Of a stretch of DNA of 63,909 nucleotides, positions 55,776 to 63,909 are shown piece after piece. The position numbers were made by a program, and so were the translations under genes. The stretch lies in NCBI RefSeq assembly GCF_001194135.2, contig NC_068984.1, forward strand, positions 51,570,405 through 51,634,313, in the 5' to 3' direction. How positions within the stretch are numbered: position 1 is the first letter of the stretch; each line of letters opens with the position of its first letter. The DNA is from Octopus bimaculoides (Eukaryota). The notes beneath the pieces are model-generated. The model did not search any database. It saw only the letters and a list, made by a program, of their open reading frames with translations, and was not told where the DNA came from.

Positions 55776-56361
55776 GGATCTTTTTTAAAACGGGGGCCAC
55801 ATTTTTCATTAATGTTTTACGTAGTGCTTTTGGTACCGAAAGACTTTCAAACTTCGTATACTTATCTATTTTGTGTTATAGAACAGAAAAATATTTTTGT
55901 ATTTGAATTTATTTCATGTAAAAAATTGTCTTATTTCGATAATTTCAACCAATCACTGACGTCCATTCAGCCGATATACATTAAGTGCCGACTACATAAA
56001 CAAACGATTCTTCGTTCTATTTGCTTTTTTCATTTTAAATTTGCTTTAACCCTAACCCTAACCCTAACTCTAACCCTAGGGTTAGGGTTAGGGTTAGAGT
56101 TAGGGTTAGGGTTAGGGTTAATTGTTTCAGAATCGTTTGTTTATGTAGTCGGCACTTAATGTATATCGGCTGAATGGACGTCAGTGATTGGTTGAAATTA
56201 CAGAAATACGACAACTTTAACATGGAATAATTTATGGATTTCTTTTTTTTTTTTAAGAAGACTAAGAGAAAAAGATGTTTTATATGACACATTCTACCAG
56301 TGTTCCAAGTTTCAAAGTGTTTCGTTAATGAAAAATGTGGCCCCCGTTTTAAAAAAGATCC
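55776..56361. mobile_element. Foldback MITE with GG termini, 8-bp TSD and a central inverted telomeric (TAACCC)n/(GGGTTA)n core
   Basis: Perfect 37-bp TIR, perfect 72-bp internal inverted repeat, TSD aggagtag at 55768-55775 and 56362-56369. Confidence 0.92.
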
Positions 56362-56521
56362 AGGAGTAGTACTGGTAATGGTAGTACAATAGAATAGGAT
56401 GACGATGGTGATGATGGATCTCTTGTGTTATTCTGAGAAAAATTTCAGCGGCTTGACAGTGTAGAAGAGCTAGAGACTATGTTGTTTAGTAGGTCAATAA
56501 GTGTTCTAGATTTGACGAGTG

Positions 56522-56880
56522 GCTTCCAATGCTGATCTTGCTGTTGTTGTTATTGTTTAGTTGTGGTAAGGGTAATAGCAGTAGAACATGATGGCAATGA
56601 TGATGATGATGATGATGGGCTAATTTTGGTATTCAGAGGAATTGATGAAGTGAAGGGCTCTTGATTGTGGAGTTAAATAGGTCATCAATTGTTCTAGTAT
56701 TGAAGATTGACTTCCAATGCTGATCTTGTTGTTGCTATTGTTTAGCTGTGGTAAAGGTTGTAGTAGAACAAGAAGACAATGATGATGATGGGTCACTTGT
56801 GGTATTCCAAGGAAATGAGGAAGTGGACAGCTGAACTGTGAAGGGCCGTTGATTGTGGAGTTTAATACTTCATCAGTTGT
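56522..56880. repeat. Diverged ~190-bp tandem duplication
   Basis: cttccaatgctgatcttg...gattgtggagtt occurs at about 56522-56695 and 56710-56880. Confidence 0.8.
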
Positions 56881-57129
56881 GAGTGGCCGTGGTTGTTGTA
56901 TATATATAATTTTAATTTTAATGTTGAGGATGCTTTAGCTCAGTAATATATCTTTGTAGGGATTTGGTGGGGATTTTCCTTTTATTCATTTTAGTTCTTT
57001 GTACTTATTTTGTGAAGAAACCTAACTTCAACCAACTTTTTACAGATCAATTTTTAAATACTATTTTCTAAGCCAGAGAAAAGTATGTAGGGGTGCAATA
57101 TTGAATTTTGCGCTCCCCACAGAATTTTA

Positions 57130-57347
57130 GCAGTAATTTTATTCAGCTGAATACACGTCATTGATTGGTTGAAATTACCGAAATACGACAACTTTAACAC
57201 GAAATAGCTTCGTAAATAGAAACTTTTCTCAACAACGCTAAGAGTAAAAGATGTTTTATATGACACATTCTACCAGTGTCCGAAGTTTGAAAGTGTTTAG
57301 TAGCAAACACTTAATTTCTCGATCTGCCGATGAAAGTGAAAAGATCC
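57130..57347. mobile_element. Related copy of the right half of the 55776 MITE family (another at about 60590-60795)
   Basis: Shares gattggttgaaatta...gacaactttaac...tatatgacacattctaccagtgt...aagatcc. Confidence 0.8.
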
Positions 57348-57721
57348 GTATATTTATTATGTTAATTATCTTACCTCAGTACCCACTCTCCGTCTCTAAT
57401 GCCTAACGCCCTCTTCACCATGCCCAGCGACACCTTGTGGGCGGTACTACCCACGTTGAGAACTTCTGCTTTGTAGCAATATTAAACCGATCCCCAGTAT
57501 TTCACTGGTCTATTATTTTATTGACCCCTGGAAGCACAGTTAAACCCGTCTGTATTTGAAGATATAAATACTACAACACACTTCCATTATAATAAATACA
57601 TGACCAATTATTGCGAAACATTTTGGCTCGGTGCTCTACAAATTCTGCCACTCCACTACCTTAATAAATATAATTATGACTGTATTTCTTACTTTACTCG
57701 ATTATATCAAACCATCAATTG

Positions 57722-57787
57722 ACTGCTACTTGATAGTCTTTGAACTGCTACTTGATAGTCTTTGAACTGCTACTTGATAGTCTATGA
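57722..57787. repeat. 22-bp tandem repeat x3 (actgctacttgatagtctttga)
   Basis: Contiguous units with no spacers. Confidence 0.9.
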
Positions 57788-58960
57788 ACATAACTAAATA
57801 ATATAAGACATTTTTATCCGCTGTTCAACTGACTTTGCCATCTATTACTCATAACTTTTACAATGTAGACTGGATTTCAACATTGGCACAAGGCTGCAAA
57901 TTTGTGAGGAGAGAGGGGGAGGGAGAGCAGTCGATTAATTCAACCCAGTACTTACTTGAGTGAAACTTATCGACGTCGATAAGATTAAAGACAACCACCA
58001 CCACGGATGAATTTGAACTCAGAACAATGAGTGTAATTAAATGCACAAGGCATTTCTTTGGCACTTTCATAATGATTATTTTTTAAATCCTCACTTAAGC
58101 ATGTTTTGATAGGAAAGATATAATTGACTAAAGCATTTGACTATTTACTTTATTTAATCGACCCCCAAGAAAATGAAGAACAAAGTCGAATCCGGCAGGA
58201 CTTGCAATCAGAACGCAAAATGATGTAAATATATTCCGCAAGGTTGTTACCCACAAGTGTGACGATAACAATAATGACTTGATTATATCAATTACTATAT
58301 TATAAACACTTCTTCACATAATGAATTTTGCATTAAGTTAAACACGCACTGTTAATATGTATTTTATTCAATTATTGAATGACTTAAATACTTAATTATA
58401 TATACAATCACATAGGTTTCACATCGATTTCTTGTCACAAGTGTGTACAGAAGGTGAGGAGTAGCCTTTGTAGGAAATTACACTGTTGTAGAGATCCTGT
58501 TGAAATACGCTTTCTCCAACCATTTAAATCCAAGTCAACGTGGAAGCCTCTATTTCATCACTTGACTTTTAAAATAACGGCTAAATTTCCTTTAAATCAA
58601 ACACTATGAGGAAATGGTTGGGTGTTATTTGTGGGAGGCACACTATTTTTATAAATAAATGTGATGGGATTATCACAGTTTGAATTCAGTTGATCATGGT
58701 TCTGCTTAACCAGCACTGGCTTTATGCTTCTAGAATTAACAAGTAAATCTTCATCAAATCAAGGACAAAATGCAAAGCGGAAACAAGAAACAGTGTAACA
58801 GAGATCATCAACAACAACAACAACAATTGCAACTGCTACAACAACGACAATAGCAACAACAGCAGCAACAACAATAATTTATTGAGTTTGGTACGATGAA
58901 GGACCAGTGCCTGATACAATGGAAGATTAAGCTATATAAATGCTAACTGGCTCGCTGAAT

Positions 58961-59029
<69 letters not shown>

Positions 59030-60899
59030 ATACTTTGTGACAAGGCTTACATTAAAAGGTATCAAGTTCTCTAATCATGAGTTGTGTGTTCAAATCTCCT
59101 ACGAACATTATACTTTGTTTCTGAGCAACACATTTAAATCTATAAAACCTGTGTTACTCTAGTTATCAGGAATAGACACCAGATCATTTCCGAATGTTGT
59201 CTGTGATATTATGGTGCTTTAACCAGTGACCCGGTAAGAATATCCTAAAGGTTGGTGCTTATATCTTGTTTTCCGTAATTTTTCATATTACTGTTACTGT
59301 TTACATCATTGAATTATACCCAACAGTAAAAATGACCTATGACTAGTGCAGAGTGAATTTTAAATTGTTCAGAATTAAGTGGCCACTTATGGATTGGGTG
59401 CAATACCGTAGTCGAGACAAACTACTGATCGCTCGTTTGATTTTCTCTCACTCATCTATTATTTTTCTGAACCTCTCTCCCTCTCTCTCTCTCACTCTCT
59501 CTCTCTCTCTCTCACACTCTCTATCTCTCTCTCACTCTCTCTCTCTCTCTCTCTCTCTCCACATATATATTTTATATGTATATATAAATACAAATTCATA
59601 CGTATGTGTGTGTGTATATATATAAATATATATTCATTTGAAAGATATTTTCTTTAATTATAAATTGATGATTATGCAAAAGGGTCTCATAAAAAAGCAG
59701 ATTAGAACAAAGCTGATAGAATGAAATATTTTGTGTAAGCACTTTTCACTGTATTTAGTTTTTCAAGCACAGGTATTCTAAGTTAATCTGTATAGTAGTA
59801 ATTGTTTTCAATAGCGATTTAGTTTCGGTTTTAGAATCTTTATAAAACTTCTTCTTTTTTTTTATTTTAGTGCTTTATAAAACTTTTCTTTTTTTTTAGT
59901 GCATCTTTTGAGGGGAGAACTTTTGTAATTGATCGATTTTTCCTTTACTTTGAAAAATGGGTATATTTTTAATTTTTGTTTTGCACAAATGTTAAGTTGT
60001 TCACTACATGGAACGCTCCTAATAGATGCAGCGTTGTTTTGTTGTTTATGTACCCTGACACAGTCCATTAATTGGTTTCCTATTTGATTGATATAGTTCT
60101 TACTGCATTGTGTTCAAGTGATGCCGTAAAAGAGATTTTTTTCTTTCACAATTCATATTTGCATTAACTCGAATTTCCTTCCATTCTTGAAGTTTTTTTT
60201 GGGGGGGGGTGAAGCACTTGGTGGAGGTGCATTAATAATTCTGCCACCTCCAATAACAAGTGCAGGCAATATTCAAGTATTTTGATGGCTTTTCCCCCTT
60301 ATTAGCTTTTATTCAATCAACTGAAACAAGTAGAATAGTGTAATTCAAGTATAATAGCAGCCAAATCTTCTTCAAATCAAACTCTACCATCATTTAGAAA
60401 ATGTGTTACTGAGCACTAGCGAAAAATTGTTACAAACACAGATACGCACAGCGTAATTTATTATATAAACAATATAAATGTATAAATTACCATTTTTATG
60501 TAATTTTGTCTGCTTCAAATGAAAACAAACCAAAAAACCGGATGAAATATGTCAACAACGGATTAATACCATATACACCGCCACAGCAGTAACTGTATTC
60601 AGCTGAATAGACGTCAGTGATTGGTTGAAATTACAGAAATACGACAACTTTAACATGAAATAACTTGCGATGTACAGTTTTTTGTTAAGAAGGCTAAGAG
60701 AAAAAGTTGTTTTATATGACACATTCTACCAGTGTCCCTAGTTTGAAAGTGTTTCGTTAAGAAAACAAGTGTTGCCCGTCAAACCAAAAAGATCCGAAAA
60801 AGGAAATTGGAAAAATCCTGAACAAAACAAAATTCTAACTTAACAAAAAATATAAAAAGAGAAAGTTGCCTTTATTTCTCCCACGCGACACTTATTATT

Positions 60900-60938
<39 letters not shown>

Positions 60939-61739
60939 TTCATATATATATATATGCATGTCTGTGTGTGTGTGTCTTTTAGTTTTTATTTACTTATACA
61001 CATCAACAAATGAGCCACTTGAACAGCTCTGTGTGGTTGTTCAATTTGCTAGAAATAACACCCAAATCTCTCTCATGCTATGCTCTTGTTACTATGAAGG
61101 AAAGGAGAAAAAATAGAATTAATATTTTTGATTTTGTTCGGCTCTATGTATTTATTATTTTTTTTTCAATGCTTTCGTCCATTACTTGATACAAGAAAAA
61201 TGAAATTGGAAAAAATCCTGACCAAAACAGAGAAACTGTAACTTAACAAAAACATAGAAAGAGAAAGGAAAGGTTGTAGTCCAAAGCCAAAAGATGTTAT
61301 TTAGTTGAGGAATAATTTTATTGAGTATGGCCGAATTCAAATGGGTAGAAGACCTAAAACAAATGTATGTGTGTGTGGTTGGGCCTTTAATAGCCAGGGG
61401 TCAATTTCAGTTCAATCGTAAAAAGAAATTCAAAGGAATTCAGCCACTCCCTCTCCCTCTTTCTTTCTCACTTCCTCTCTCCCTTCATCGACACGTGTCA
61501 AATTTAAGTATCCTAATTTTCCCATTAAGAGTGTTGCTGCTTCGGTGGCTCAGTAGGCATAGGTGTTGAGAAGTAGTAACACAACACGTAGGTGGTAGCT
61601 TCAAATCTCTCCCAGAAGTTACGAATTTTTATTTAAGCAATAAAATTTCTTTCAACAATTTTTTTCTCTTAAGCGTGACACACGCGTCAGGTACGTACAA
61701 AAAACAAATTTGTGTATTAATATTAATATATTATTGATG

Positions 61740-63909
61740 AAGGTAATAAGAAAGTGGTGGAGTCGGAGGCTAGCAAAATCCTCTGGGATTTCCCAATCCA
61801 AACAGATCAGATGCTAGAGCTTAACAGACTGGACAAGGTGCACAACATATGCTATATAGTTGATGTTGCATGTCCCTTTGACCCACGAATAGTCAAGAAG
61901 GAAGGCGAAAAGATAGATAGATAGATAGATAGATAGCTAGATAGATAGATACAACCCTCTTAAGTACGAAATAGCCCGGTTATGGAAAATGAAGAAGGTA
62001 AAGATAGTGCTAATTATTGTTGGGTCCTTGGAAACAGCATCAGAAGGCATCAAGAGGAATATAAAGAAAATTGGGATAGAGTGTCCTCCTTGGTATGGCC
62101 ACAATAATCAGGAAAGTATTAGATAGCTGAAAAGAACGAATAGCGTGGTACCGTAGGCCGCATGCAAGACTCCAGGAGTTCCAACAAAACCTGTGATAAA
62201 GAAAAAATAATAATAAAAATTCTACATGGCAAATATGTGGCCCGTAGCAAACAAGCTGATGTAAACCAGATGCACACCCATTAGTGGCTACGGAGCTCGG
62301 GGCTAAAGGCAGAGAGTGAATGCTTTATCTTGGCTGCTCAAGATCATAGTTTATTGACCCGGTACTATCAAGCCAATGTGATAAAAAGTGCCGATACTGC
62401 AACGACAGGATTGAAACAGTGGACCACCTAATCTTTGGGTGTAAGGTTTAGCACCTGTAGAGTATAAAACAAGACATGACAGAGCTGGCCGATATCCACA
62501 TTGGATAATGTGTCGGTGTAGTAAAAATCTTTGTAGTAGATATGTTTTGAAATCAACTGGAGTTGTTCCGTGGAAAATTTTCTTTTGGAGCTAAAATAAA
62601 AGTTTAGACGAAGTCAATTTGAAAAGATTCTTTTCATTGACTTAATAAGTTATTAGCCGAAGCCGTCCGAGTTTTCGACCAAAAATTGTTCTAAAATTTA
62701 GTTTCTGGACGCTTCTAGAAATATCTAAAGTAACTTGTAAAAAACCCAGGATTTCCGATAGTTCTCAGTGACTTTTAGGCTGCCGCAGGAAGTTTTGTCA
62801 CTCAATATACTGCATGTCTTGTAGTGTTGAATTATTGTCACACTCATGAAATAAACATTGCATTGTCTATTTTTCTTCATCATGACCTTAAGTCATTTAC
62901 CTAAATTCTTTCAAGAGTAGTCTGAAGAATTAGTTAATCGATTCAATACTTGTCCTTTTTCTCAACAAGTGAACTCTTGGAAGAAAAATATTAGTAAAAA
63001 GCCTTTTATCACGTCTTCTTAAAAACAAGTACACTAAGGGAGAGCACTCCTGTTTTATTTATAATACGATTTAAACGATTGAATTTAGATTTCATAAAAA
63101 TAATATTGAATAAGACCTTGCGAGTCAGATTTACATAATTTCTTGATTATTTGTTAGAAAACAATCTACGAGTTACTCACAAATAACCTTAACCTTAAAA
63201 AGAAATAAACGAAGAACCACCCAACATTATAAAATCAAACCTACTGACAAATAGTACAAACACGTCCCTGTGGTTTTAGCTGGGGGAGAAAGTATAACGA
63301 TTCTTTGGGACTTCCCAGCATGTACAGACCGGACCATCAAAGCAAATAAATCAGATATTGTTATGTAAAACTAAAACAATAAGGTCTGTTTATTGATTGA
63401 CATGAGCATACCCTGTGACTATAATATCTCGGCAAAAGAATTTGATGAGCTCAGAAAATATAAAGATCTGCTAATTGAAATCGAAAAGTTGTGGTATGTC
63501 AAGACGATTTCAATACCAATGACTGTAAGAGCACTTGGAATGATCAAAAATGGAACTGAAAATTATTTAAGAATGATCCCTGGCTTATCATCCATGCAGG
63601 AAATGCAGAAGATTGTCTTAACTGGTACGTCACACGTACTAAGAAGAGCATTGTCGCTGTGAATTTTCTCCCCCCCCCCCCACCACCACCTTTATTTTGT
63701 TTACTTTTTTAGTTTTTATTTTTTCCTTTTCTTTCTGTCTTTCTTCCCCCTTTTTCTCTATCACATGACTTTGTAAATGAACAATCTGGTGTTTTATTTT
63801 AATGGCCTGCAAATGTATACAGCGAGTTTCTCGGCCCTAGGTGTCAGGAAGACACTCGGCAAGAAATGGAAACAACAAAGAAGATAATAATAATAATAAT
63901 AATAATAAT
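61740..63909 (+). mobile_element. Cluster of three R4/Dong-like non-LTR fragments (61740-62125 REL; 62220-62520 pre-REL Zn-knuckle region; 63270-63662 REL plus 3' UTR and (AAT)n tail)
   Basis: KILWDFPIQTD...VDVACPFD...KEGEKID; AAQDHSLLTRYY...ETVDHLIFGC; ILWDF...LLIDMSIPCD...KYKDL...RALG. Confidence 0.82.

Noticed and set aside
56047-56120. Telomere-telomere fusion scar
   Set aside because: A fusion gives (TTAGGG)n then (CCCTAA)n. Here the order is reversed and the tract sits inside a TIR/TSD-bounded element.
57360-57380. Strong minus-strand donor GAG|GTAAGA as a 5' UTR exon of the NWD gene
   Set aside because: Plausible but adjacent to a MITE end and unsupported without transcript data.
57722-57787. 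22-bp repeat x3 as a CRISPR array
   Set aside because: Units are contiguous with no unique spacers; eukaryotic context; no cas genes.

Overview
AT-rich, microsatellite- and SINE-laden eukaryotic genomic DNA with about 14 assembly gaps (N runs). The repeat families look like those of an octopus/cephalopod genome; this is recall-based inference. One large protein-coding gene dominates the window, on the minus strand. It encodes a NACHT- and WD40-repeat STAND protein of the NWD1/NWD2 type. I reconstructed 25 coding exons by hand from 44250 down to 1536, about 5.0 kb of CDS or roughly 1680 aa. All junctions are GT-AG and phase-consistent, with three caveats: exon 8 is cut by a 10-N gap, the exon 23 acceptor is ambiguous, and the last exon is unresolved. 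The supplied ORF track misses the true first coding exon, which encodes MGCSAS..., an N-myristoylation/palmitoylation-type motif. Domain order: lipid-anchor motif, long polar linker, DUF4062-like domain, NACHT (intact Walker A and B), winged helix/helical region, degenerate WD40 propellers. Introns and the upstream region hold tRNA-derived SINEs (three with clean TSDs), two Helitron derivatives, Tc1/mariner elements, and R4/Dong-like, CR1-like, Tx1-like, Gypsy and Penelope-like relics. The most unusual structures are a 586-bp foldback MITE with a palindromic telomeric-repeat core, and a 110-bp segment present as a circularly permuted inverted copy beside the broken exon. No CRISPR array, rRNA or true tRNA gene is supported. 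Family assignments come from motif recognition only; no database search was run.
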